A stretch of 64,000 nt of DNA from a virus. Shown here piece by piece: positions 1 through 9,819 of the stretch. Each line of letters begins with the position of its first letter. Position 1 is the first letter of the stretch. Below the pieces are notes generated by a model, which ran no database searches, had not been told where the DNA came from, and saw nothing but the letters and a program-made list of their open reading frames with translations. Made by a program: the position numbers and the translations under genes. The stretch spans positions 23,425 through 87,424 of IMG/VR virus record IMGVR_UViG_3300031972_001405. One strand, given 5' to 3'.

Positions 1-273
1 TGCCTTGTGGACAGTAATATTCATCACAGATTTAGTACCACCCTTGGATCTAACGTGATCAAAGTCTTCAAACAATTCTGGACTAATGACAACGGTGAAG
101 TTGCATTCATCCAAGCGGCCGCGCTTACTATACTTGTAACGCCAGGATTTAAATTTATTACGAAAAGTGGTGTAGATATCTCCACACCTATTCACATAAT
201 AACCAGGAATAGTAATACTATATCGAGTGAGAGCTCTCCACTCTGAATTGGATTCAATGCTAGTAATGATCAT
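1..273 (-). CDS. Partial putative NUMOD4/HNH-type homing endonuclease; runs off the left window edge; not in the ORF track
   Basis: ATG at 273, open to position 1: MIITSIESNSEWRALTRYSITIPGYYVNRCGDIYTT...SVMNITVHKA. The W-R...Y-x-V-x-x-x-G-x-I and VH[KR]x pattern is typical of NUMOD4-HNH N-termini. The HNH core would lie outside the window. Confidence 0.6.
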   Translation of the reverse strand, partial: MIITSIESNSEWRALTRYSITIPGYYVNRCGDIYTTFRNKFKSWRYKYSKRGRLDECNFTVVISPELFEDFDHVRSKGGTKSVMNITVHKA

Positions 274-294
274 AATTTTTTAGATTAAAGTAGA

Positions 295-2463
295 TTATGC
301 AATTTGATCTACGAAGTCGTTAAGAATTTTACGATTCATAGAACTTGCTTTAAGTGATTTTTTGAATGCACTGCGAATCTGAGATTTGCTAGCAGCATCA
401 GGAACAACGAACTCACTGTCATCGTTCAGTTTATTGGAAGCAAGAATGAATAGTCTGGAGAAACCCAAGGCAGTCAGGGAAAGACTACGTTCTTTCTTCC
501 AAGTTCTTCTCATCTTTTCATCTTCAGACCCCCGAAGATCAAAGCTATTAAGCATTCGAGAGACATCAGAGTTAGTAACAATCCGAACACCAATGAAGTT
601 AACTGAGGGATTTTCGTCTGCGATACACCGTAGAAATCCTTGTGTCTGAGTCCACCAGTTACCAACATCGTAGGAACCACCAGTCTTACGATTACGAAGG
701 ATCGTACCGTAGCGACAAGCGTTCATACCAATTCTATCACCAATTTGCACAGTTCGCACAGATCCTTGTGCTTCTCCATCAGTCAGAATAACACACTGCA
801 CCTTTTGAACGCCAGTTTTTGATTTGAATTGAGGAATAATCTTCCTGAGACAAGCGATTGCCTCGTTGAGAGGAGTGCCAGATAGTGAGAAGGCATTACA
901 AATATTATAGTGCCATCTGTAACCGCGACGACCTTGACCATCTTGATGCCATGCCAAGCGATAAAGATTTTCACAATCCCTTTCAAAGTCCTTTGACTTT
1001 GCAGTGCTACTCAAGACATTCAACAAATGGAATTCTCTAGGAATAGCAATCTTATTCTCTTCATCTTCATGATGAAACCTAAGGTGTGAATTTAATTCAT
1101 TCTCACGAATTTCCTCAGGAACATATCGGAGATGAAAATCATTGGTGAAAGCATACACATCAAAAGGAATGTTGACTTTCTTACAGAATCGAACCAGATT
1201 CAAGAGTTGTTTGGTCGTATCTACAAGTTTATCGCTCATAGAACCAGACCAATCAAGAAGAAAGATTAGACCATGATTTTTACCGTCAGGAACAGTGGTA
1301 ATTTTCTTGAATAGATCTTCATTGTACTTATATGTGTGAAGCTTAGAGCAATCTAAGACACCAGTGCGAGCAATAGTAGACCGCGAATAAGCATCAGCAG
1401 ACTTACGACACTCAAACTCTTTAACCATGTAACTCACTTCTTTAGAAGAAGACTTCTTATGAGCATTATACTCAGAAGTTACAGTAGTGAAATCAAATTC
1501 ACAATTCTCGGGAGGATTACTCCACCAGAATTCATTGATTTTGCGAATATAGTCATTACCTATCATGATGGTGTCAAGATCCATGTCAGGAAACTCAACA
1601 TACACTGGGTCTCTACCATCTCTTGCAACATTAAGATCCTGAACAGATTCGCTTAGGTTAGTTTCAGTCTTAACTTCTAGGGGATTTACAGGATTGTAAT
1701 GACTACCACCCCCAGAAGGCATAGTAGTAGAAACGGAATCTTCAGAAACAACATCAGAATCAGAGTCGTCAGTCTGAGAAGAATTACCAGGAGTGGAATC
1801 CATAGAGGACTCAGAAGAACCAGAGTCAGAGCTAGAAGAACTTTGTTGCGACGAACTTTGCGGAACGCTTTCTTCATTCTTTTGGAGATTTTTTTCAAGA
1901 GTTTGTTCATACTGTTGCTGACGTTGGCAATATTCATAAAGATTTTCAGAGACAATTAAGACATCAGCAAAAGTTTCGCATTCGGAAATTTGATTGATCA
2001 GATCCATCTCTTCCCCACTCTTAATGGGGATGTCAGAAAAATTGCCAATCTTGAAGTGCAGATTAGCACGATCAGCAAGATTCATGCTATCAAGATCTTC
2101 TTCATCAATACCAAAGAAATCCTGGTCACTCAGATCACTATACCCCCGATAGAAGGTTTTGGCAAGACCTGCATACTTTCTCTTCATCAGTTTCTCGATG
2201 CGAGCATCTTCAACTACATTGATGAATTGGAAAGGAATATTTCTTGGGGGATCTTCATTAGGAGTGAAGAGAGCATGTCCGACTTCATGTGCGACCAGAA
2301 GATCATACACGATGTTAGAAGCACGTTGCCACATCGGAAGGACCAACAATCGGTTATTAACATCGAAGGATGCTGTGTCAACATGCTTGTTTTCAACGAT
2401 GAGATTCTCAGTCGCTAGCAGTTTGGCGAGTTGACCTTTGACCTCATAGTTGACGATTGCCAT
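295..2463 (-). CDS. CobT-like metallopeptidase + vWA domain protein
   Basis: HEVGH (HExxH) and NVVEDARIE, a Ser/Asp-rich linker, then vWA MIDAS elements DWSGS, LSGTPL and LTDGE. Confidence 0.85.
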   Translation of the reverse strand: MAIVNYEVKGQLAKLLATENLIVENKHVDTASFDVNNRLLVLPMWQRASNIVYDLLVAHEVGHALFTPNEDPPRNIPFQFINVVEDARIEKLMKRKYAGLAKTFYRGYSDLSDQDFFGIDEEDLDSMNLADRANLHFKIGNFSDIPIKSGEEMDLINQISECETFADVLIVSENLYEYCQRQQQYEQTLEKNLQKNEESVPQSSSQQSSSSSDSGSSESSMDSTPGNSSQTDDSDSDVVSEDSVSTTMPSGGGSHYNPVNPLEVKTETNLSESVQDLNVARDGRDPVYVEFPDMDLDTIMIGNDYIRKINEFWWSNPPENCEFDFTTVTSEYNAHKKSSSKEVSYMVKEFECRKSADAYSRSTIARTGVLDCSKLHTYKYNEDLFKKITTVPDGKNHGLIFLLDWSGSMSDKLVDTTKQLLNLVRFCKKVNIPFDVYAFTNDFHLRYVPEEIRENELNSHLRFHHEDEENKIAIPREFHLLNVLSSTAKSKDFERDCENLYRLAWHQDGQGRRGYRWHYNICNAFSLSGTPLNEAIACLRKIIPQFKSKTGVQKVQCVILTDGEAQGSVRTVQIGDRIGMNACRYGTILRNRKTGGSYDVGNWWTQTQGFLRCIADENPSVNFIGVRIVTNSDVSRMLNSFDLRGSEDEKMRRTWKKERSLSLTALGFSRLFILASNKLNDDSEFVVPDAASKSQIRSAFKKSLKASSMNRKILNDFVDQIA

Positions 2464-2487
2464 TGCTGTGTCCGTTTCGATGTCCTT

Positions 2488-2549
2488 AGTATAGGGCAGA
2501 GTGGGGCAGAGTCAGGGGCAGAGTGGACACTTTCAGAACTGTCCACTCT
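2488..2549 (-). promoter_or_regulatory. Early-type promoter with upstream palindrome
   Basis: -10 TATACT at 2488-2493. Perfect 10-bp inverted repeat AGAGTGGACA-N10-TGTCCACTCT at 2520-2549. Three GGGCAGAGT direct repeats in between. Confidence 0.7.
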
Positions 2550-3319
2550 CAGGAACGATGCTCGTCGTTCAAATCATTGATGAACCTGATCAAAGAACTG
2601 TCAGAGAACTGCATGAACTCGTAGTTGTCCTTATCTAAGCAGTGGCCTCCCCATCCAAACTTACCATCCCATCCAGGAACTTGAGTGTGTGATCTGCCGA
2701 TCCTAGGATCAGAACCAACTAATGCAGCAAACGCTTCATAGGATGATTCGCACCCAAGATTTTTATGGATTTTATACAGTTCATTAAAGTAACTGACCTT
2801 TAAACCTAGGAAGAAGTTCTCTGCATACTTTACTAGGGCGGCAGTTTTAATATCTGTGGTATAGATCTTACCAGCATTCAACTTGTCCAGTCTGGTCCAG
2901 AAGATATCAGCAATAACTTCACATGCAGTTTCGTCACCACCGATAATACAGAAAGTTTGATTCTGAAACTTCTCAATATTGTTATTAGAACTCAGATACT
3001 CTGGACTATGGACAATTTTGATGTTCTGATATGTATCCTCAGCCCATGAATAAAAGTTAGGTGTTGCAGTTGACTTACAACATACAGGGGTCTTCTGTCC
3101 AATGTATGTGTTTAGTTCATCCAAGACTGGTTTGATAATCTTAGTGTTATCTTCCTTGGGAGTATCGACGCAAACAAAGACGGCATTAAATTCTTGCCCA
3201 GTAAAATCTTTGATCTTATTACTATTAATCTTTGGATCAATAATAACTTTTTCTTCATCAGTGAAGATAGATGCCACGGCAGAACCAACGTAACCATGAC
3301 CGACAATCATTACTTTCAT
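2549..3319 (-). CDS. UDP-glucose/GDP-mannose dehydrogenase family protein, short form without the C-terminal domain
   Basis: GHGYVG Rossmann motif, CVDTP, KST, SPEYL, VKYAEN, DPRIG, and GWGGHCLDKD (catalytic Cys motif). Confidence 0.85.
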   Translation of the reverse strand: MKVMIVGHGYVGSAVASIFTDEEKVIIDPKINSNKIKDFTGQEFNAVFVCVDTPKEDNTKIIKPVLDELNTYIGQKTPVCCKSTATPNFYSWAEDTYQNIKIVHSPEYLSSNNNIEKFQNQTFCIIGGDETACEVIADIFWTRLDKLNAGKIYTTDIKTAALVKYAENFFLGLKVSYFNELYKIHKNLGCESSYEAFAALVGSDPRIGRSHTQVPGWDGKFGWGGHCLDKDNYEFMQFSDSSLIRFINDLNDEHRS

Positions 3320-5028
3320 AATACCTTTTGACTAAAACCTTTGACTTTTTCAAATTTGATAGAGTTGGGAAATCTATCGTAGAGTTCTGTCTTGTGAGAG
3401 ATCACAAATATATTAGCATCTCTGATAACAAATCGAATGATCTTCAAGAACTCTTCGGTTCCCATTCCATCGAGAGAACTATCAAACACTTCATCCAGGA
3501 CAAGGAGGTTGGTGTTTGTAGAGTTCTTATATTTAGCAACCTCTCTCCAAGTGAACAAGAGAGCAAGGTCAATACGCATCTTTTCTCCTTCGCTGAAGGA
3601 TGCGTAAGAAAAATTTTCGTGGATAGGAGACTGAACAGTCTCACTAAACTCTTCATCCAGAGTGAAGTTTATATAAAACTCCATCATCTGAAGGTAGCGA
3701 TTAACTTGTTGATTGATTAGGGGGAGATACTTTTTGATGATCTTAGTTTTTACTCCCCCATCCTTAAGTAAGGAATATACAAACTCGTTGAGATAAATTT
3801 GTTCTTTATCAGTAGCAAGTTCGTTGTAGGATGTCTTCAGTTTTTCGTTGAAATCTCTTAACTTGTCATGCTCAGTATTTCGGTTTGCAATTTGCTCGGT
3901 AATTCTTTGAACTTCCGATTCCAGATCTCGGCATTGGCGTTGCAACCCAGAAATCCGAACATTGTTTTGAGAAATGCCATGTGTTAGTGAAGATGCCTCC
4001 TTAGTGAGCTCAGTAAAACGAATCTGTTTGGACTCCTCATCTTGTAGTTTGGTTTCAAGTTCTGAGAGACCTGTTTCTAGTTTAGTTACAGAAGTATTCA
4101 GATTCGTAATTCTATTTAATCTAAAACTTTCTTCGATATCCTGAGTGCATGTTGGGCAAACCGTATTTTTGTCAAAAAAGTTACATTCTTCTTGTGTTGC
4201 AGTTACTTTTGTTTTTAATTGTACACGAATATTATTCATTTTTTTAATCGTGCTCTGAGGGTTAGTTGTCTTCTCCATCTCAGATCGAACTTTATTCAAT
4301 TCATTACCAAGTGTTTCATTATCAACCAGATAAAGATCAACTTCAGTATTCAGTTTGGTAATCTTTTCTTTATTAGCATCTATATTGTCATTGCTACGAG
4401 TCTCCAACTCATCAATAAAATTTTTCTGCATCTGAATTTTTTCCAGAAGAGTTTCTTTCTTGAGATCAAGAGTTCTGACACGATCTTTATTTTCACGTAT
4501 TCTATCTCTAACAATATTATTCATAGCAGAGAAGATCTTAATGTCAAGAATATCTTCAATGACTTCACGTCTTTGAGATGAACCAAGTTGCATGAATGGA
4601 GTAAATCCAGCAGATCCAAGAATTACAATCTGAGTGAAGGACTTATAGTTTAACTTAAGAATTTGCTGCTCAAGTTTCTTTTGTTGGTCATTCGCATTTG
4701 ATGATTGATCTTGCATCTTACCATCAATCCAAATCTCAAACTTATTCGGTTTGATGCCACGGACAATTCTATACTCCTTTCCTTTGATATCAAACTCAAT
4801 TTCAACTACACAATCCTTTTCGTTTACAGAGTTAACTAGTTGTGGTTTATTGATCTTTCGATATGGTTTTCCAAACAACGAAAAAGTTAGAGCATCAAGA
4901 ACTGTTGACTTACCAGCACCATTAGATCCAATAATGATCGTACCGTGAGCTTCATTCAGTTTAATTTCAGTCCAGTGATTTCCAGTGCTGAGGAAGTTTT
5001 TCCATTTAACGTTTTTAAAAACGATCAT
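3316..5028 (-). CDS. gp46: Recombination endonuclease ATPase subunit (SbcC/Rad50-like)
   Basis: Walker A GSNGAGKS, CPTC zinc hook, FSEGE signature, LDEVFD Walker B. Confidence 0.97.
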   Translation of the reverse strand: MIVFKNVKWKNFLSTGNHWTEIKLNEAHGTIIIGSNGAGKSTVLDALTFSLFGKPYRKINKPQLVNSVNEKDCVVEIEFDIKGKEYRIVRGIKPNKFEIWIDGKMQDQSSNANDQQKKLEQQILKLNYKSFTQIVILGSAGFTPFMQLGSSQRREVIEDILDIKIFSAMNNIVRDRIRENKDRVRTLDLKKETLLEKIQMQKNFIDELETRSNDNIDANKEKITKLNTEVDLYLVDNETLGNELNKVRSEMEKTTNPQSTIKKMNNIRVQLKTKVTATQEECNFFDKNTVCPTCTQDIEESFRLNRITNLNTSVTKLETGLSELETKLQDEESKQIRFTELTKEASSLTHGISQNNVRISGLQRQCRDLESEVQRITEQIANRNTEHDKLRDFNEKLKTSYNELATDKEQIYLNEFVYSLLKDGGVKTKIIKKYLPLINQQVNRYLQMMEFYINFTLDEEFSETVQSPIHENFSYASFSEGEKMRIDLALLFTWREVAKYKNSTNTNLLVLDEVFDSSLDGMGTEEFLKIIRFVIRDANIFVISHKTELYDRFPNSIKFEKVKGFSQKVL

Positions 5029-5288
5029 AATTCAGGGGGCACGACAATATCGTTGGGGGTGATGATAACGTATTTTAAATTCTGATGATGACAAGTTTTC
5101 TTTGCTAGATCCTCATCAACTTCAGTAACCTTGACAAGATTATACTTCTCACTATCTTGCAACATCATAGCATATCTTTCAGCGTCGTCCTCTTTTTCAA
5201 AGAACATTATAACCTTCTCTCCCCATCGATTATGGACAGCAAAAGCTCCAGAGTCTTCATTTTGAGCAACGCTGACCATATACATCAT
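5025..5288 (-). CDS. DUF3110-like protein
   Basis: FFEKEDDAERYAMML...C...VVPP resembles cyanobacterial DUF3110. Located between gp47 and gp46. Confidence 0.65.
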   Translation of the reverse strand: MMYMVSVAQNEDSGAFAVHNRWGEKVIMFFEKEDDAERYAMMLQDSEKYNLVKVTEVDEDLAKKTCHHQNLKYVIITPNDIVVPPEL

Positions 5289-6325
5289 TCTACTTCACAA
5301 GCCTCTTTATAGATCAAACTGACAAGATTCTTTACAGCAGATTTATCAACCTGAGTATCAGACTCCTCAATGTATCTAGAAAGGATCGCAAGTGTATCTT
5401 CAGATTCAAATGCTTCAAAGTCATCATTTTCAATGACGTTAAAGTTCTCCACAATTTTTAGCTCTGCAGGATTAGCAGAGAAAATTTTGTCAATAAACTT
5501 TTCAAATGCAATGTCATTAGTCTTTTTACGGACAACAACTTTTAAAATTTTTCCAGAGCATTCAGTTGCATCGAATAATTGATATGGGGTGTCTTCATAA
5601 TAGACCGTATGAAAAATATGAAATGGATTATTAACTGGAGTATGCTCTAGGGTTTCAGTGTCAAAGATGTGAAATCCCCTAACGTCTCCAGCATCATTCC
5701 AATACATTTCATATGGATTGCCGAGATAGTGAACATTGGCTTGATTACTACGGTGATGATAATGCCCAGTGAACACTTTATCATAGCGAGAAAAAACACT
5801 CCTGTCCATACCATGCTCCATCCAGATTCCATGGTTTGCTTTGAACCCTTGCAATTCTAGATGTCCAAAGGCAACTTTAGACTTTGACTTTGAAATCTTT
5901 TTCAGAACTTCTGTTTTGGTATCTTCAGTAATCCAGGCAATCAATGATATATCTAAACCACCAACCTTAACTTCTTTAAAATTAGATACAGGAATAATAT
6001 TGTCGTACTCTCTGAGTAGCAATTCAATGGCATTAACATCGTTCGTGTTTTTATAGTATGCGGTATGATTACCGACAACTGTATACACTTTGATTCCCAT
6101 CTTTCGGAGACGATCATAATAATTTTTCTTAGCCCATGATAAAGCAGAAAAGTCGATGCCTTTACGGCTATCGAAAGTATCGCCCATGTCGATGACACAA
6201 GTGATATTCTGTACTTCCAGAGTTGGGAAGAAAACTTCATTATAGAATTTTAGAAAATAGTCATGGAACAGTTTTGAATTTTTACGAGCACCGAAGTGTT
6301 GGTCTGTAATTACTGCTACCTTCAT
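5285..6325 (-). CDS. gp47: Recombination endonuclease nuclease subunit (SbcD/Mre11-like)
   Basis: Metallophosphoesterase motifs TDQHFG, GDTFD, GNH, GHYH. Confidence 0.97.
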   Translation of the reverse strand: MKVAVITDQHFGARKNSKLFHDYFLKFYNEVFFPTLEVQNITCVIDMGDTFDSRKGIDFSALSWAKKNYYDRLRKMGIKVYTVVGNHTAYYKNTNDVNAIELLLREYDNIIPVSNFKEVKVGGLDISLIAWITEDTKTEVLKKISKSKSKVAFGHLELQGFKANHGIWMEHGMDRSVFSRYDKVFTGHYHHRSNQANVHYLGNPYEMYWNDAGDVRGFHIFDTETLEHTPVNNPFHIFHTVYYEDTPYQLFDATECSGKILKVVVRKKTNDIAFEKFIDKIFSANPAELKIVENFNVIENDDFEAFESEDTLAILSRYIEESDTQVDKSAVKNLVSLIYKEACEVE

Positions 6326-6819
6326 TGATTCTTCAACTTGTGATAAACGTTGTCTTTGATTGAATTATAACTGGAATAGTTATTTCCGCCAAGGGTGTTA
6401 TCATCTACAAACACTTCGTCATAACCAGACTTAGTGAGAATTTTATTTTTGATTTCTAATTGCTTCTTCTCTTTTTGAATGCGACGGAGGAAAGCGTAGT
6501 GAATAATCTGAGTGAAGTATGCAAAAGGATTGGTTGATTTTGCTGGATCAAAATTGTTGATGTACTGCACACAATTTTCAATACCATCACAAACCATGTC
6601 ATCCTTGAACATGTAGTTCACGAAGTTTGGTTTGAATGAAAGGTGAGTGGCAATCTTCAAGAAACATTCCCCAATGTAATTTGGGATTCTTGGTTTCTGT
6701 TCTCCCAGTTCTACTGCTGCTTTGACTTTCTTTTTGTAGATAACCAAAGCTTCGAGAAACTCCTTGTTATTTACATAGTGTTCGGACCTCTTTCTCCCTC
6801 TTGGCATAATCGCATTCAT
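6322..6819 (-). CDS. gp55: Late-transcription sigma factor
   Basis: HYVNNKEF, YIGECFLKIA, NPFAYFTQIIHYAFLRRIQKEKKQ. Confidence 0.97.
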   Translation of the reverse strand: MNAIMPRGRKRSEHYVNNKEFLEALVIYKKKVKAAVELGEQKPRIPNYIGECFLKIATHLSFKPNFVNYMFKDDMVCDGIENCVQYINNFDPAKSTNPFAYFTQIIHYAFLRRIQKEKKQLEIKNKILTKSGYDEVFVDDNTLGGNNYSSYNSIKDNVYHKLKNQ

Positions 6820-6830
6820 TTTATGAAGTA

Positions 6831-6838
6831 TATTTATA
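6831..6838 (-). promoter_or_regulatory. T4-type late promoter TATAAATA upstream of gp55
   Basis: Exact TATAAATA on the minus strand, about 11 nt before the first ATG. Confidence 0.55.
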
Positions 6839-6850
6839 TATTGTATTTAA

Positions 6851-6879
6851 ACTATAACAAAATCCACTGCATTTGTCAA
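6851..6879 (-). promoter_or_regulatory. Sigma70-type promoter for gp55-gp47-gp46
   Basis: TTGACA-N17-TATAGT. Confidence 0.8.
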
Positions 6880-6883
6880 GAGC

Positions 6884-6912
6884 TTGACAAGACTTTGAAA
6901 TACGTGTACAAT
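6884..6912 (+). promoter_or_regulatory. Divergent (antisense) sigma70-type promoter
   Basis: TTGACA-N17-TACAAT, back-to-back with the gp55 promoter. Confidence 0.65.
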
Positions 6913-6953
6913 TACCTTTGTGGAGGTTCAAAAGGATCAGTAGCTTAGATACT

Positions 6954-7364
6954 TTAAGTCTCCTGTTCTAAACGAAAGATCTTTTCAAGTAATTGTTTAG
7001 CGTCATCTACAGTAGAGATATATCCCATTCCTCTATCAATATCATTTCTATCAGAAGGAAGTTTATCTAACTCCTGTTCCATAACAAATCGACAATGCAT
7101 AGTAATCATATCCATATTGTTATTTTCTGTCATCGTAAGAATATTCTTTATATCAATGATATAGAGAGTATCATCTGTGGTCTTTAACCATGGTTCAACT
7201 TTATATCCAATAGCCATACCATTGTGAGGTAGTTTTACTTCCTCAACAATTACTGGGTCAGACAACAACAAAAGAGTTCTGTCATCTTCATCAGAAGCAG
7301 AGACTTTAGCAAAGATCTCTTCTCCAGATAATAATTTTATTGTTGCATAGAAATCATCTTCCAT
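6954..7364 (-). CDS. Conserved protein with Sm-like fold
   Basis: FYATIKLLSGEEIFAKV...VEPWL pattern; lies between uvsW and gp55. Confidence 0.6.
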   Translation of the reverse strand: MEDDFYATIKLLSGEEIFAKVSASDEDDRTLLLLSDPVIVEEVKLPHNGMAIGYKVEPWLKTTDDTLYIIDIKNILTMTENNNMDMITMHCRFVMEQELDKLPSDRNDIDRGMGYISTVDDAKQLLEKIFRLEQET

Positions 7365-7365
7365 A

Positions 7366-8829
7366 TTATTTTGATAGATTGACTGAAATAATATCGTAAT
7401 TAAAGTTTTCCTCGTTATAAATTCTGATCCTCTCTATTAAATGATTTAGTGTGTAGTTCTTTCTTGATCCTTTTGTGCAGTCATCGGATATATCATATAG
7501 CACTGCTTTATCTTTGTTAGTCCCCTTCCTCAATACTCGTCCGATGGATTGTAGATTCCGTATTCTCGATTTAGAAGGAGAAGCAAAAATAACGTTATGT
7601 AGATTTTTAATGTTAATTCCTGTGGAGAAGGTTCCATAAGATGCTACGATAATTGCATTGTTTTCAATGTCAACGATCTCTCTAACTTTCTCTCTTTCTA
7701 GGGAATTAACCCCACCATGAACGTAAAAGACCTTTCGGTTTTCTTTTACGGAACTATTTATTAGTTCAAATAACGGCTGTCCGTGAGACTCTACTCTATT
7801 AAATAGAACAAGAGTATTTCCATCCAAGTCTACTGTTAGATTTTTGATGAAATTATTTCTTCTTTCGTGTGTTATAATGTATTGAACTTCATCTTCATAT
7901 GTTTCAAATATTTGAGGATCATGTTTGAGGATGATACAATTAATATCAAGTTTAGATACATGACCCTTTCTCATCAGTTCTTCTGTTCTGATAATTTTAT
8001 ATGAAGGACCAAACAATCCTTCCAAAACCCACTTATGAGTTTGTGTCCCATCTAATGTTCCAGTAAAACCATAACGATACTTTGCAGTATGCATCTTCGT
8101 CATGATATTGATTAAAGACTTAGACTTAAATAAGTGTGCCTCATCTCCAATCACAACATCAAACTTCTCAAACCACTTACGTTCTAGCTTGTAAACTGAT
8201 TGCCAAGTTGTAATTGTGATTGCTTTGTTACTCTCCTTCTCCTTCCCCGAATATATTTTGTGACAATATGTCTCAGGATCCCATCCATATTCCTCAAAGT
8301 CCTTATACATCTGCTCTACTAGAGATGTCGTTGGAACAACTACCAGGATTTTTCTGTTGTAGTCAGTATGATATCTTGAAAGAGCATACACCATCAAAGA
8401 TTTGCCAGATGCAGTGGGACTTATCAATAACCTTCTATTGTGTCTTAGAGCATCGTATACTCCCTCTACTTGGTATTCGCGTGGTTTATGACAAGCAATC
8501 TTAGTCATATAATCCTTTACGCCCTCCTTTGAAATCATTTCATTGACTTCAAATGGTGTGCCAAAAAATTTATTATCTACAAATTTGTAATCATAATCAT
8601 ATTGTTTGCAGAAAGAAATGACCTTATCAAGGAGACCAACATAGATCTCTCCTGTATGCGTAGAGAATAATCGTATCTTTCCATCCCAATACTTACTTCT
8701 GTATTGGGGCATAAATTTTGCACCAGGAACTTCAAATGTGAAGTGATCTGATAGTTCCTGATATACGTGTGGCTCAGCAGATATTTTTAGATAAACTTCA
8801 TTCTTCTTTTGGATTTCGAGATTAACCAT
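7366..8829 (-). CDS. uvsW: RNA-DNA/DNA-DNA helicase UvsW
   Basis: WDGKIRLF, SPTASGKS, GDEAH, QSIGRVLR. Likely start is the ATG at 8829 (MVNLEIQ), overlapping the uvsY stop. Confidence 0.96.
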   Translation of the reverse strand: MVNLEIQKKNEVYLKISAEPHVYQELSDHFTFEVPGAKFMPQYRSKYWDGKIRLFSTHTGEIYVGLLDKVISFCKQYDYDYKFVDNKFFGTPFEVNEMISKEGVKDYMTKIACHKPREYQVEGVYDALRHNRRLLISPTASGKSLMVYALSRYHTDYNRKILVVVPTTSLVEQMYKDFEEYGWDPETYCHKIYSGKEKESNKAITITTWQSVYKLERKWFEKFDVVIGDEAHLFKSKSLINIMTKMHTAKYRYGFTGTLDGTQTHKWVLEGLFGPSYKIIRTEELMRKGHVSKLDINCIILKHDPQIFETYEDEVQYIITHERRNNFIKNLTVDLDGNTLVLFNRVESHGQPLFELINSSVKENRKVFYVHGGVNSLEREKVREIVDIENNAIIVASYGTFSTGINIKNLHNVIFASPSKSRIRNLQSIGRVLRKGTNKDKAVLYDISDDCTKGSRKNYTLNHLIERIRIYNEENFNYDIISVNLSK

Positions 8830-9253
8830 ATCCACTAATAAATTTTTGCCATTCAATTGCATTCTTAATTTGATAAGTTCGATTACCTATCTGCTTGAGA
8901 ATGCTCTCAATATAATTTAGTTGAGTTTCATAGTAGTCAATTTTTAAATTGACCTGACTAAGTTTTTCATCAGCACTTAAATATCTTTCCATATCGCTCT
9001 TGTCCCTAACTTTTCTGGGGAAAGGATTTTCAATATAAACATCTGGATCTGCTTTGCCAGAGTAATACTGATACCGTTCGTGACGAATATTTCTTTTTTG
9101 TTGTTCTGCCTTCTTCCTCAAGAGGAGAAGATTGTTAAAAATATCATGATACTTTGCATGTAGTGCTGGTATCTTTAGTGATTCTGTGTGAAGATTATCT
9201 TGATCAATCTGTGAGTCTTTTTCCCACATACTTTGTATAGTATCAAGATTCAT
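8822..9253 (-). CDS. uvsY: Recombination mediator UvsY
   Basis: IPALHAKY, YYSGKA, RTYQIKNAIEW; adjacent to uvsW. Confidence 0.92.
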   Translation of the reverse strand: MNLDTIQSMWEKDSQIDQDNLHTESLKIPALHAKYHDIFNNLLLLRKKAEQQKRNIRHERYQYYSGKADPDVYIENPFPRKVRDKSDMERYLSADEKLSQVNLKIDYYETQLNYIESILKQIGNRTYQIKNAIEWQKFISGYG

Positions 9254-9819
9254 AAAAGTTTCCCGCTCAAGTCTGTTACTTCATAGTAAGTATACTTGAA
9301 AGTAACGTCTGCTGTAAAGTAGTCTATATCAGTTGGTGTAGCATCAAACTGAACTGTAGATAAATTTACTGGAAACAATCCATAGAACTTTAGATAGAAC
9401 TGCGGAGTCATATTATTACTCAGAATTTGTAGAGTTCCATCTGAAAATAATTCCTCCTCTCCCATTTCAGATGCATTCTTATAAAGAGAAGCACCCTTTG
9501 CTCTTTCATCATATATTTGCTGCAAAGATTCTGGAAATCCAAGACCACGCATCCAGTTCTGAATCTGCATATAATTTTCCAAGTCCTCATCAATTAAGAA
9601 TCTCAGAGAGAAATCCTCAAACTGTAGTACATCACCAGGTCTGTCTATCTCTTTAAGATATGTTGGTTGAATAGCAACTCCAAGAGTTACTGCTGGTAAA
9701 TTGCAAGAGTTGGCAAAGAAACTTGCTTGTGGACATCTCTGCAGGGAAAATTTAAATCCTGTTGGAGATAGGAAGTTTCTATTTTGTACCTGTCTTTTAT
9801 ATGGGTTTGAATTGGTCAT
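9250..9819 (-). CDS. gp3: Tail completion / sheath stabilizer
   Basis: NRNFLSPTGFKF...FLIDEDLENY..I.NW; tail-tube-like fold; located downstream of gp23. Confidence 0.88.
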   Translation of the reverse strand: MTNSNPYKRQVQNRNFLSPTGFKFSLQRCPQASFFANSCNLPAVTLGVAIQPTYLKEIDRPGDVLQFEDFSLRFLIDEDLENYMQIQNWMRGLGFPESLQQIYDERAKGASLYKNASEMGEEELFSDGTLQILSNNMTPQFYLKFYGLFPVNLSTVQFDATPTDIDYFTADVTFKYTYYEVTDLSGKLL

